Assembly (NCBI GenBank): GCA_039923155.1
Contig: JBDTDI010000158.1
Coordinates: forward strand, 1 to 56,426
Direction: 5' to 3'
Origin: Mycobacteriaceae bacterium
Lineage (GTDB): Bacteria > Actinomycetota > Actinomycetes > Mycobacteriales > Mycobacteriaceae
DNA: 56,426 bases
Part shown: positions 1-9,714 of the stretch, piece by piece
How positions within the stretch are numbered: position 1 is the stretch's first letter
How the letters are laid out: the number at the start of each line of letters is the position of its first letter
Position numbers and translations under genes: made by a program
The notes under the pieces: generated by a model
Told to the model about the DNA's origin: nothing
Databases searched by the model: none
The model's input: only the letters and a program-made list of their open reading frames with translations

Positions 1-903
1 GTAGTCCCGCTCCCGGAAGGCGACCGCGAGGGCGTCGCCGAGCCCGCGGTAGGCGAACACCGTCTCGGTGAGCACCGCACCCGCGAGCAGCGCCCCCACC
101 TGCAGCCCGATCGTGGTCACGACCGGCAGCATGGCGTTGCGGAGCACGTGGCGGCTGCGGATGGTCCTCGCCAGCAGGCCCTTGGCCTCCGCCGTGCGCA
201 CGTAGTCCTCGTCCAGCACCTCCAGAACCGCCGCCCGGGTGATCCGGAACACGACCGCGAACGGGATCGTGGCCAGCGCGACCGCCGGCAGCACCAGGTG
301 CTTCAGCGCGTCGACGGTGGCGTCGAGCTCCCCGGTCAGCACCCCGTCCAGGGTCGCGAAGCCGGTGACCCGGGTGGCGTTGATACCGACGGTCTGCCGG
401 CCGGTCGCGGGCAGCCAACCCAGTCGCACCGCGAACAGGTACTTGAGCAGGAAGGCCAGGAAGAACACCGGTACCGCCACCCCGAGCAGCGAGGTCACCA
501 CCCCCGCGTTGTCCAGCACGCCACCGCGCCGCCGGGCGGCCAGGTAGCCCAGCGGGATGCCCGCCAGCACGGCCAGCACGATCGCGACGAACGCCAGCTC
601 CACCGTGGCGGGGAAGCGCTGGCTGATGATCTCCGAGGCGGGGGTCCCGGGCTGCACGCCGGTGGACACCCCGAAGTCGCCGCCGGCGACCCGGGTCAGG
701 AAGTGGCCGAACTGGACCAGCACCGGCTGGTCCAGCCCGAGCGTGGCCCGCAGCTGCTTGCGCGAGGCCTCGGTGCAGCGGTCGCCGCACAGGGCGGAGT
801 CCGGGCCGCCGGGCAAGCTCCGCAGCCAGGTGAACAGCAGCAGGGCGAGCACGGCGACCACCACGACCAGCTGCAGCACCCGACGGGCGGTGAACCGCAG
901 CAC
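1..903 (-). CDS. Peptide ABC transporter permease (DppB/OppB family), 3' end beyond window
   Basis: Read manually from GTG at 903: VLRFTARRVLQLVVV...RFPATVELA...VLDEDYVRTAEAKGL...HVLRNAMLPVVT...LTETVF...RDY. Starts 4 nt after the stop of the substrate-binding gene. Confidence 0.9.
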   Translation of the reverse strand, partial: MLRFTARRVLQLVVVVAVLALLLFTWLRSLPGGPDSALCGDRCTEASRKQLRATLGLDQPVLVQFGHFLTRVAGGDFGVSTGVQPGTPASEIISQRFPATVELAFVAIVLAVLAGIPLGYLAARRRGGVLDNAGVVTSLLGVAVPVFFLAFLLKYLFAVRLGWLPATGRQTVGINATRVTGFATLDGVLTGELDATVDALKHLVLPAVALATIPFAVVFRITRAAVLEVLDEDYVRTAEAKGLLARTIRSRHVLRNAMLPVVTTIGLQVGALLAGAVLTETVFAYRGLGDALAVAFRERDY

Positions 904-907
904 CGCC

Positions 908-2581
908 TCAGCCCTTGGTGACCGAGGAGAACTTCTCGTCCGTCAACGGGCTGGGGGTGAGGCCCTTGATCTTGGCGGACACCACGATGGCCGGCGGCGA
1001 GCTGGAGATCGGCACCGCGGGCAGGTACTCGGCCATCAGCGCCTTGTTCAGCGCCTGGTAGTCGGCCTTGCGCTGGCCGGCATCAGGCTCGGAGTCCGCG
1101 GCCTGCAGATCGGCGGCCAGCTTCTTGCCCCACGGTGAGGTACCCGTGGAGAAGCGGTTGGTCGTGGTGCCGAAGAACGTGCCGATGAAGTTGTCGGGGG
1201 TGTTGTAGTCCCCGGTCCACCCGAGCAGGAAGAGGTCGGCCTTCTTGCCGTCGACGTTGTCGAGGTAGCCGCCGTTCCACGGCTGGGAGACGGCCTTGAC
1301 GGTGATTCCGGCCTTCTTCAGGTTCGCCTGCAGGTAGTTGAAGATGTCCGCTGGGCTCGGCATGTAGGGCCTGGTGACCTCGCTGGGCCAGTAGAAGTTG
1401 ACCGTGAGGTTGCTCTGGCCGGCGGCGGCGAGCAGGGCCTTCGCCTTCGCCGGGTCGTAGTCGTAGGTCATCACGTCCTCGGAGTAGCCGTCGACGGTGT
1501 CGGGGTAGAACTGCTTGGCCACGACCGCGCCCTCGGGCAGCTGCTGCTCCACGAGCCCCTTGCGGTCGATCGCGTAGGCCAGCGCCTGGCGCACCTTGAG
1601 GTCCGCCAGCGCCGGGTTGTTGGACTGGGTGATGCCCAGGTAGAGGATGTTGAAGGCCGGACGGACCTCCAGGTTGAACCCGGCGTCCTTGAGCTGCTTC
1701 CAGTCGGCCGGGCTCGGAAAGTCGTAGCCGTCGATGGTGCCCGCCTGCAGCGCCTGCTTGCGCGCCGTCTCGTCGGGGATGACCTGGAAGGCGAGCTTGT
1801 CGAGCTTGGCCTTGCTGCCCCAGTACTTCTCGTTGCGCTTGAGGGTGATCACCCCGTTGGCCTGGTCGAAGCTGTCGAAGACGAACGGGCCGGTGCCGGT
1901 GGGGTGCGCGGTGGCGTAGGTGGAGTAGGCGAAGCTGTCGCCCTTGGCGGTGACGGTGTTCGCGTCGTACTTCGCCATCGCCGTCGGGCTCTGCATGGAG
2001 AACGACGGCAGCCCGAGCACGGCGGGGAACTTGCTCGTCACCCGGGTCAGGGTGACCACCGCGGTGGACTTGTCCTTCGCGTCGCAGGACTTGTAGAGCG
2101 AGGGCTCCTTGCCGTCGGCGAACCCGCCGAAGTTGTCGACCCAGTAGCCCGAGACGGCCTCGCTCTGCGCGGCTCCGGTCTGGCCGTACATCCGGGCGAA
2201 GTTCTTGCAGACCGCCGCGGCGTCGAACGCGGTGTCGTCGGAGAAGGTGACCCCGTCCTGCAGCTCGAAGGTCCAGGTCAGCCCGTCGGGGCTCGAGGTG
2301 TACTTCTTCGCCAGGCTCGGGACGACCTCAGCGGTACCCGGCTTGAACCCGACCAGGCCCTCGAACTGCTGGCGCGCCACCCGGAACGTCTCACCGTCGG
2401 TGGCGTAGAAGGGGTCGAACAGCTTCGGGGCGCCAGCGGCGCCGAAGATCATGGTGCCACCGGTCGGGCCGTCGCCCGCCTTCGCCTCGGTCGGGTTCGT
2501 GCGGTCGGATCCGGCGCACGCGCTCAGCAGCAGCGCAGCGGCTGCACCTGCGGCGACCAGGCGAACGGGAGAACGGGTCAT
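908..2581 (-). CDS. ABC transporter substrate-binding lipoprotein (family 5)
   Basis: Likely start ATG 2581 (MTRSPVRLVAAGAAAALLLSAC, lipobox LSAC). SBP5 motifs SPDGLTWTFEL, GTGPF, VRQALAYAIDR. Confidence 0.92.
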   Translation of the reverse strand: MTRSPVRLVAAGAAAALLLSACAGSDRTNPTEAKAGDGPTGGTMIFGAAGAPKLFDPFYATDGETFRVARQQFEGLVGFKPGTAEVVPSLAKKYTSSPDGLTWTFELQDGVTFSDDTAFDAAAVCKNFARMYGQTGAAQSEAVSGYWVDNFGGFADGKEPSLYKSCDAKDKSTAVVTLTRVTSKFPAVLGLPSFSMQSPTAMAKYDANTVTAKGDSFAYSTYATAHPTGTGPFVFDSFDQANGVITLKRNEKYWGSKAKLDKLAFQVIPDETARKQALQAGTIDGYDFPSPADWKQLKDAGFNLEVRPAFNILYLGITQSNNPALADLKVRQALAYAIDRKGLVEQQLPEGAVVAKQFYPDTVDGYSEDVMTYDYDPAKAKALLAAAGQSNLTVNFYWPSEVTRPYMPSPADIFNYLQANLKKAGITVKAVSQPWNGGYLDNVDGKKADLFLLGWTGDYNTPDNFIGTFFGTTTNRFSTGTSPWGKKLAADLQAADSEPDAGQRKADYQALNKALMAEYLPAVPISSSPPAIVVSAKIKGLTPSPLTDEKFSSVTKG

Positions 2582-2741
2582 GACAGCACCTTCCGGGTCC
2601 ACGGGAGTTCTCGGACGAACGGTGCAGGTGAACCTAGTCGGACACGGCTGGGGCCCAACCCAAGCGCAGGTCACGGTTTGGCGACGGAATGGTCTTGTCC
2701 TCCGGCCGGGCGCTCGGCGGTGGCGGAACGCCACCGAGCAC

Positions 2742-3350
2742 CTACAGCAGGATGCGACCGGACAGCGCCCGCCCCAGGGTGATCTCGTCGGCGAACTCGA
2801 GGTCGCCGCCCATCGGCAGCCCGGACGCGAGCCGGGTGACCTTGAGCCCGGGCAGGTCCCGCATCATCCGGTTGAGGTACGTGGCGGTCGCCTCGCCCTC
2901 GGTGTTCGGGTCGGTCGCGATGATCACCTCGGACACGTCCACCCCGTCGGCCTGCGTGCGCAGGCGCTCCATCAGCTCACGGATGCGCAGCTGGTCCGGG
3001 CCCATCCCCGACAGCGGGTCCAGCGCCCCGCCGAGGACGTGGTAGCGACCGGCGAACTCCCGGGTTCGCTCCACCGCCTGCACGTCCTTGGGCTCCTCGA
3101 CGACGCAGATGACCGTGCGATCCCGGCGCGGGTCGGCGCAGATCCGGCAGAGCTCGCGCTCGCTGACGGTGCCGCACACGATGCAGAACTGCACCCCGTC
3201 GCGGATTCTCTGCAGCGCCGCCTGCAGCCGCGCGACGTCACCAGGCTCCACCGTCAACAGGTGGAAGGCGATGCGTTGCGCGCTCTTGGGTCCTACGCCG
3301 GGCAGTCGACCGAGCTCGTCGATGAGGTCCTGGACCGGGCCCTCATACAC
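2742..3350 (-). CDS. recR: Recombination mediator RecR
   Basis: [15 protein letters not shown]4 zinc finger (CIVC...CRIC), [26 protein letters not shown]. Confidence 0.98.
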   Translation of the reverse strand: MYEGPVQDLIDELGRLPGVGPKSAQRIAFHLLTVEPGDVARLQAALQRIRDGVQFCIVCGTVSERELCRICADPRRDRTVICVVEEPKDVQAVERTREFAGRYHVLGGALDPLSGMGPDQLRIRELMERLRTQADGVDVSEVIIATDPNTEGEATATYLNRMMRDLPGLKVTRLASGLPMGGDLEFADEITLGRALSGRILL

Positions 3351-3374
3351 CGGGGGCCCGCACCTCGTGCACCG

Positions 3375-3716
3375 TCACAGACCGGGCAGACCGAGCCCGC
3401 CCCCGCCGCCAAGTCCACCGGCCAGCGGACCCATCTTCTCCGCCGCCAGCGCCTGGGCGGCCTGGTTGGCGGCCGCCACCGCGCCGATGACGAGGTCCTG
3501 CAACGTCTCCACGTCCTCGGGATCGACGACCTTCGGGTCGATGACCACGCCGACCAGCTCACCGGCGCCGGTGACGGTGGCCGTGACCAGGCCACCGCCG
3601 GCCTGCCCGCTGACCTGGGCCTGGGCGAGCTCGGCCTGCGCGGCCATCAGCTGGGACTGCATCTCCTGGGCCTGCTGGAGGAGCTGCTGCATGTCGGGCG
3701 CGCCGCCGGGTTGCAC
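3375..3716 (-). CDS. ybaB: YbaB/EbfC nucleoid-associated protein
   Basis: [12 protein letters not shown]...GQAGGGLV...[13 protein letters not shown]; canonical position upstream of recR. Confidence 0.95.
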   Translation of the reverse strand: MQPGGAPDMQQLLQQAQEMQSQLMAAQAELAQAQVSGQAGGGLVTATVTGAGELVGVVIDPKVVDPEDVETLQDLVIGAVAAANQAAQALAAEKMGPLAGGLGGGGGLGLPGL

Positions 3717-3864
3717 GTCGGGGATCCTTCCGGAACGAGGTGGGGCGCCCGGGTGAGCGCATTCCCAGGGTAGGCCCTTGACCGGGGGCGACGCAGGGAG
3801 ACACCGTGGCCGAGGTGCAGTGCACTACGCACTCAGTGACCCGCCGCCGAACGGAGAGCCTCCT

Positions 3865-5034
3865 GTGGACAGCTACGACGTGATCGTGATCGGCGTCGGG
3901 TCGATGGGCGGAGCCGCCTGCAAGACGCTGGCGCAGCGGGGCGTCCGGGTGCTCGGCATCGAGGCCTTCACCCCCGGCCACGACCAGGGCTCCGCGCACG
4001 GCGGCACCCGGATCATCCGCCAGTCCTACTTCGAGGATCCCGCCTACGTGCCGCTGCTGCGCCTCGCCTACGACGGCTTCCGCACCCTGGAGCAGGAGTC
4101 CGGACGGACGCTGATGACCCTGTGCGGGGGTATCTACCTCGGTGATCCCGACGACATCACCTTCACCGGTTCCCGCGACGCCGCACTCGCCCACGGCCTG
4201 GACCACGAGGTGCTCGACGCCGCGGCCGTCCACGAGCGCTTCCCGACCATGGACCCCGCGCCCGACACCCTGGCGCTGTACGAGGCCAACGCCGGTTACG
4301 TGCGGCCGGAGGAGACAACCATCGCCAACGCCGAGGTCGCCGCCCGGGCGGGTGCGAGCCTGCGCTTCGGCGAGCGCGTCCGTTCCTGGAGTGCGACGCC
4401 GGGCGGTGGGGTCACCGTCCGCACCGATGCCGGCACGTACGGCGCGGACCGGCTGGTGCTCACCCCCGGGGCCTGGGCGCCGGTGCTCCTGAACGGGCTT
4501 GGGCTGCCCCTCTCGGTCGAGCGGATGGTGTTCCACTGGTTCACCCCGGACTTCTCGGTCGTGCCGTACGAGGCGTGGAGCTTCGAGCACCACCCGGTCT
4601 ACGTGGAGCAGACCCACGACAACGGCCAGATCTACGGCTTCCCGATGACCGACGGTCCCGACGGCGGGTTCAAGCTCGGTTACTTCCACCGCGGCACCCC
4701 GACGACCGCCGACACGGTGGACCGCGTCGTCGCGCCGGAGGAGGGCGAGGTGATGCGCACCCGTGCCCGCCGGCTCTTTCCGCACCTGACCGGACCGCTC
4801 GTGCAGTCCAAGACCTGCCTCTACACCCTGACCCCGGACGAGCACTTCGTCCTCGGGCCCCACCCCGAGCACCCGCAGGTCGCCCTGGGGTGCGGCTTCA
4901 GTGGGCACGGGTTCAAGTTCGTCCCGGTGGTCGGCGAGATCCTGGCCGACCTGGTCACCACCGGGCGCACCGCCCACCCGATCGAGCTGTTCGACCCCCG
5001 TCGCACTGCTCTGGGCGGCCGGCGCCGCGGGTGA
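3865..5034 (+). CDS. solA: N-methyl-L-tryptophan oxidase / monomeric sarcosine oxidase family
   Basis: GTG 3865 after GGAGAG; YDVIVIGVGSMG, GSAHGGTRIIR, CLYTLTPDEHF, GFSGHGFKF. Confidence 0.88.
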   Translation: MDSYDVIVIGVGSMGGAACKTLAQRGVRVLGIEAFTPGHDQGSAHGGTRIIRQSYFEDPAYVPLLRLAYDGFRTLEQESGRTLMTLCGGIYLGDPDDITFTGSRDAALAHGLDHEVLDAAAVHERFPTMDPAPDTLALYEANAGYVRPEETTIANAEVAARAGASLRFGERVRSWSATPGGGVTVRTDAGTYGADRLVLTPGAWAPVLLNGLGLPLSVERMVFHWFTPDFSVVPYEAWSFEHHPVYVEQTHDNGQIYGFPMTDGPDGGFKLGYFHRGTPTTADTVDRVVAPEEGEVMRTRARRLFPHLTGPLVQSKTCLYTLTPDEHFVLGPHPEHPQVALGCGFSGHGFKFVPVVGEILADLVTTGRTAHPIELFDPRRTALGGRRRG

Positions 5035-5150
5035 ACACTCGCCGACGCCGCGTGTGACCAGCCGCCGGCGCCGCGTCCGACCGGGAGGTGCGCAGCGGGT
5101 GCAGCGCGTCGAATTCTCCCGGCGACGGGCTCGGGGCTACCGTGCACTAC

Positions 5151-6542
5151 GTGCCGAACCCAGCCCCAGGGCCGACGACCCCGGCCCGCTCCCCCGCCTA
5201 CCAGGCGGGTGTCGAGCGGCTGCTGGCCAGCTACCGGGCGGTACCGACCGGATCCACCGTGCGTCTGGCCAAGAAGAGCAGCAACCTGTTCCGGGCCCGC
5301 GCGGCCACGTCCACCCCCGGTCTCGACGTCTCCGGCCTCACCGGGGTGCTGCGGGTCGACGTCGCCGCCCGCACCGCTGACGTCGCCGGGATGTGCACCT
5401 ACGACGACCTCGTCGCCGCGACCCTGCCCTTCGGCCTCGCACCGCTGGTGGTGCCGCAGCTGAGGACGATCACCCTGGGTGGGGCCGTGACCGGGCTGGG
5501 CATCGAGTCCACCAGCTTCCGCAACGGACTGCCCCACGAGTCGGTGCTGGAGCTCGACGTGCTCACCGGTGACGGCGAGATCGTCACCGCGCGGCCGACG
5601 GGCGAGCACGCTGATCTGTTCCGAGGCTTCGCCAACTCCTACGGCACCCTCGGCTACGCCACGCGGCTGCGCATCGAGCTCGAACCGGTGGCGCCGTTCG
5701 TGGCCCTTCGACACGTCCGCTTCCACGACCTGGATGCCGCCGTCGAGGCCATCGCCGCCATCAGCGTCTCCCGTGAGCACGAGGGCACCCGCGTCGACTA
5801 CCTCGACGGCGTCGTCTTCACCGCCACGGAGATCTACCTGAGCGTGGGCACCGGGACCGACGAGCCCGGCCCGACCAGCGACTACACCGGTCAGCAGGTC
5901 TACTACCGCTCGATCCAGCAGCGCACCAGCGACCGGCTGAGCATCGCCGACTACCTGTGGCGCTGGGACACCGACTGGTTCTGGTGCTCGCGGGCGTTCG
6001 GCGCCCAACAGCCGACGATACGACGTCTGTGGCCAAGACGGCTGCGACGCAGCAGCTTCTACTCCAAGCTCATCGGCCTGGACGCGAGGTTCTCGGTCGC
6101 CGACCGGCTCGAGGCCCGGCACGGGCGCCCGCCGCGCGAGCGGGTGGTGCAGGACGTCGAGGTGCCGCTGGCGCGCACCGCGGAGTTCCTGCGGTGGTTC
6201 CTCGCCGAAGTTCCCATCGAGCCGCTCTGGTTGTGCCCGGTTCGCCTGCGCGACACCCGCACCTGGGACCTCTACCCCATGGCGCCGGAGGCCACCTACG
6301 TCAACGTCGGCTTCTGGTCCAGCGTGGCGCGGACGCCCGGCGACGACGGCGCCACCAACCGCGCCATCGAGGCGCAGGTGAGCGCGGTGGACGGCCACAA
6401 GTCCCTCTACTCCGACTCGTTCTACGACGCCGACACCTTCGCCGCCCTCTACGGCGGCGACCGCTACCCCATCCTCAAGCAGCGCTACGACCCGCGCGGG
6501 CGCCTGCTCGACCTCTACGCCAAGGCGGTACGACGACAGTGA
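5151..6542 (+). CDS. FAD-binding oxidoreductase (Rv3719-like; 10-methylene fatty acid reductase)
   Basis: VRLAKKSSNLFR, PLVVPQLRTITLGGAVTGLGIESTSFRNG, NSYGTLGY; GTGA overlap with the downstream cfa-like gene. TACCGT lies 7 nt before GTG 5151. Confidence 0.88.
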   Translation: MPNPAPGPTTPARSPAYQAGVERLLASYRAVPTGSTVRLAKKSSNLFRARAATSTPGLDVSGLTGVLRVDVAARTADVAGMCTYDDLVAATLPFGLAPLVVPQLRTITLGGAVTGLGIESTSFRNGLPHESVLELDVLTGDGEIVTARPTGEHADLFRGFANSYGTLGYATRLRIELEPVAPFVALRHVRFHDLDAAVEAIAAISVSREHEGTRVDYLDGVVFTATEIYLSVGTGTDEPGPTSDYTGQQVYYRSIQQRTSDRLSIADYLWRWDTDWFWCSRAFGAQQPTIRRLWPRRLRRSSFYSKLIGLDARFSVADRLEARHGRPPRERVVQDVEVPLARTAEFLRWFLAEVPIEPLWLCPVRLRDTRTWDLYPMAPEATYVNVGFWSSVARTPGDDGATNRAIEAQVSAVDGHKSLYSDSFYDADTFAALYGGDRYPILKQRYDPRGRLLDLYAKAVRRQ

Positions 6543-7894
6543 GCATCAACCCCCGGACCACCACCTCCCGGATCTCGCTGCACCACCCCCGCCACGGCGG
6601 CACCCCGAAGCCGCGGATGACCCTCGGGCAGATCGTCGAGGCCCTCTCCGACGGGCCGCTCGGGCTGCGCTTCACGGCCTACGACGGCAGCTCCGCCGGC
6701 CCCGCGGACGCCCCGATCGGGCTGCACCTGGCCAGCCCCCGAGGCACCACCTACCTGGCCACCGCGCCCACCGACCCCGACCTGGGCATGGCGCGGGCCT
6801 ACATCTCCGGCGACCTCACCCTGTCCGGGGTGCACCCGGGAGACCCGTACGAGGCGCTGGTGGCCATGGCCGACGGGATGAAGCTGCACCGCCCCCCCGC
6901 CCTGTCCCTGGCCTCGATCATGCGCTCGCTGGGGTGGGAGACGCTGCGTCCGGTGGCCCCGCCGCCGCAGGAGGCGCTGCCGAAGTGGCGACGTGCGGCG
7001 CACGGTCTGCGGCACTCCAAGACCCGCGACGCGGAGGCCATCCACAGTCACTACGACGTCTCCAACGCCTTTTACGAGCACGTTCTCGGCGACTCGATGA
7101 CCTACACCTGCGCGTACTACTCGTCGGTGGACGCCTCCGTCGGCCAGGCGCAGGAGGACAAGTACCAGCTGGTGTTCGACAAGCTCGGGCTCAAGGCGGG
7201 GGACCGGCTGCTGGACGTCGGCTGCGGTTGGGGCGGCATGGTCCGCTTCGCCGCACGCCGCGGGGTGCACGCCATCGGGGCCACGCTGAGCAAGGAGCAG
7301 GCCGACTGGGCACGGGCGGCGATCGAGCGCGAGGGCCTGGGCGACCTGGCGGAGGTGCGCCACAGCGACTACCGCGACGTCACCGAGACCGGGTTCACCG
7401 CGGTCAGCTCCATCGGGTTGACCGAGCACATCGGCATCGCCCAGTACCCGGCCTACTTCCGATTCATCATGGGCAAGCTGGCGCCGGGCGGGCGGCTGCT
7501 CAACCACTGCATCACCCGCCCCGGCAACGACCGGCGCACCATGACCGGCTCGTTCATCGACCGCTACGTCTTCCCCGACGGGGAGCTCATCGGCTCGGGC
7601 ACGATCATCGCCGCGATCCAGGACGCCGGCCTGGAGGTGCGCCACGAGGAGAACCTGCGCGAGCACTACGCGCTGACCCTGCGCGACTGGTGCGCGAACC
7701 TGGTGGCGAACTGGGACGCCTGCGTGGCCGAGGTCGGGGAGAGCACCGCGAAGCTCTGGGGGCTGTACATGGCGGGCTCACGGCTCGGTTTCGACCGCAA
7801 CGTCGTGCAGCTGCACCAGGTCCTGGCCGTGAAGCTCACCGCGACCGGTGACGCCCAGGTGCCGCTACGACAGTGGTGGGGAGCCGGTGTCTGA
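6539..7894 (+). CDS. cfa: Cyclopropane/10-methylene fatty-acyl-phospholipid synthase (Rv3720-like)
   Basis: HYDVSNAFY, SMTYTCAY, LLDVGCGWGG, SIGLTEHIG, YVFPDGEL, HYALTLRDW. Confidence 0.9.
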   Translation: MSINPRTTTSRISLHHPRHGGTPKPRMTLGQIVEALSDGPLGLRFTAYDGSSAGPADAPIGLHLASPRGTTYLATAPTDPDLGMARAYISGDLTLSGVHPGDPYEALVAMADGMKLHRPPALSLASIMRSLGWETLRPVAPPPQEALPKWRRAAHGLRHSKTRDAEAIHSHYDVSNAFYEHVLGDSMTYTCAYYSSVDASVGQAQEDKYQLVFDKLGLKAGDRLLDVGCGWGGMVRFAARRGVHAIGATLSKEQADWARAAIEREGLGDLAEVRHSDYRDVTETGFTAVSSIGLTEHIGIAQYPAYFRFIMGKLAPGGRLLNHCITRPGNDRRTMTGSFIDRYVFPDGELIGSGTIIAAIQDAGLEVRHEENLREHYALTLRDWCANLVANWDACVAEVGESTAKLWGLYMAGSRLGFDRNVVQLHQVLAVKLTATGDAQVPLRQWWGAGV

Positions 7895-9686
7895 GCCGGT
7901 GGCCCTGCTCCCGCTGCTCCGAGCTCGCTCGTGGCAGGGGTTCGACATCGACGATGTCGGGCGGGTGCTGGCCGGCTGGGACGACTCGGGCACGGTGCAG
8001 CTCGTCGAGATCGCGCCCGACGGGACGCCCACCGTGCTCACCGACCTGCCCGGTTCCTGCTCGGGGCGCTACCTGCCCGGTGAGCGCACCGTCGTGGTCT
8101 CCCACGACCACGACGGCAACGAGCGGGCCCAGCTGTCCTTGCTGGACCCTGACGTGCCGGGGGTGCTCACCCCCCTCGTGCAGGACCCCGAGCACATCCA
8201 CGCCCTCGCCCAGGTGTTGCCCGGACGCGTCCTCTACCGCACCAACCGCCGCAACGGGGTGGACTTCGACGTGGTCGCCCGCAACGTGGCCACCGGGGCG
8301 GAGGAGGTGCTCTACTCCCGCGGCGGAATGGTCACCGAGGTCGCGCAGAGCCCCGATGCCCGCTACCTGCTCCTCGGGGTCGTCGGGGCGGCCGCCATGT
8401 CCACCCAGCTCCTGCTGGTGGACACCCTGGCCTCCACCCCGGACGGCACGGTCACCGAGCTCACGGCCGCCGACGCGGTGGGGCGCCACGAGAACCTGCA
8501 CTGGTTGCCCGACTCCAGCGGCTTCCTCGTCACCACCGACCGGGACAGCGACCGCACCGTGGTGGCTCGCCACGACCTGGACCAGGGTGCCTGGACCGTG
8601 CTCGTGGCCGACGAGCACGACCTCACCGGGTGGCTCAGCCCGGACGGCGCGACCCTGCTGTGCGAGGCCAACGTCGACGGCTGGAGCGAGCTGAGCCTGC
8701 GGGGCCTCGACGGTGGCCTCGACGGTGGTGGTGCACCGGTCGTGCTGCCCACGCCCGCCGTCATCGGCGGCATGCGCCCCGCCCCACGGTTCGCACCGGG
8801 CTCGGCGACGGTGCTGGCCTCGGCCTCCGCCCCGGACCGCCCGGGCGACGTGCTCGTGCTGGACGTGGCGTCAGGGCGGGCACGACACGTCGTCGGCGAC
8901 GGGGTGGACGGCGCGGTGAACCCGTCGAGCCACCTCGTGCCCACCGGTGACGGCGAGCTGGTGCCCTGCTACTCCTACGCCGCGGGCGAGCCGAACGGCA
9001 GTGCCGTGGTGCTGGTGCACGGCGGCCCGGAGGGACAGAGCCGTCCGGCCTTCAACCCGGTGGTGCAGGGCCTCGTCGCGGCCGGGCACACCGTGTGCGT
9101 CCCGAACGTGCGCGGCTCGGTCGGCTACGGACGACGCTGGTACTCCATGGACGACGTGCGCCTGCGGATGGACTCGGTCGCCGACCTGGCCGCGGTGCAC
9201 GCGTGGTTGCCCTCGTTGGGTGTGGACCCGTCGCGGGTGGCGCTGTGGGGCGGCAGCTACGGCGGCTACATGGTGCTCATGGGCTGCGCGTTCCAGCCCG
9301 AGCTGTGGGCGGCCGGGGTCGACATCGTCGGGATGTCGTCGCTGGTGACGTTCCTGGAGAACACCTCCCCCTACCGGCGTGCGGCCCGGGAACGGGAGTA
9401 CGGCAGCCTCGCCCACGACCGCGACTTCCTCACCTCGGCGTCGGCGTTGAGCCGGATCGGGGACCTGCGCGCCCCGCTGGTCGTCATCCACGGGGCCAAC
9501 GACCCGCGGGTGCCGCTCAGCGAGGCCGAACAGCTGCACGCCGCCCTCACCTCGCGCGGCATCGAGTGCGAGCTGCTGGTGTACCCCGACGAGGGGCACG
9601 GGCTGGCCAAGCGGGTCAACCGCGAGGACGCCTACCCCCGGGCGCTGGAGTTCCTGCGCCGACACCTGTCGGCCCCGGTCTCATGA
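7887..9686 (+). CDS. S9 family (prolyl oligopeptidase/acylaminoacyl) peptidase
   Basis: VHGGPEGQ, PNVRGSVGYG, GGSYGG nucleophile motif, HGANDPRVP, DEGHG. Confidence 0.92.
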   Translation: MSEPVALLPLLRARSWQGFDIDDVGRVLAGWDDSGTVQLVEIAPDGTPTVLTDLPGSCSGRYLPGERTVVVSHDHDGNERAQLSLLDPDVPGVLTPLVQDPEHIHALAQVLPGRVLYRTNRRNGVDFDVVARNVATGAEEVLYSRGGMVTEVAQSPDARYLLLGVVGAAAMSTQLLLVDTLASTPDGTVTELTAADAVGRHENLHWLPDSSGFLVTTDRDSDRTVVARHDLDQGAWTVLVADEHDLTGWLSPDGATLLCEANVDGWSELSLRGLDGGLDGGGAPVVLPTPAVIGGMRPAPRFAPGSATVLASASAPDRPGDVLVLDVASGRARHVVGDGVDGAVNPSSHLVPTGDGELVPCYSYAAGEPNGSAVVLVHGGPEGQSRPAFNPVVQGLVAAGHTVCVPNVRGSVGYGRRWYSMDDVRLRMDSVADLAAVHAWLPSLGVDPSRVALWGGSYGGYMVLMGCAFQPELWAAGVDIVGMSSLVTFLENTSPYRRAAREREYGSLAHDRDFLTSASALSRIGDLRAPLVVIHGANDPRVPLSEAEQLHAALTSRGIECELLVYPDEGHGLAKRVNREDAYPRALEFLRRHLSAPVS

Positions 9687-9714
9687 GCACCGTCGCCAGC
9701 GGTCGGGCTGCGTC

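Noticed and set aside
2670-2685. GlnR-like site (GTCAC-N6-GCGAC) upstream of the ABC transporter
   Set aside because: A short degenerate match that is likely by chance in GC-rich DNA.
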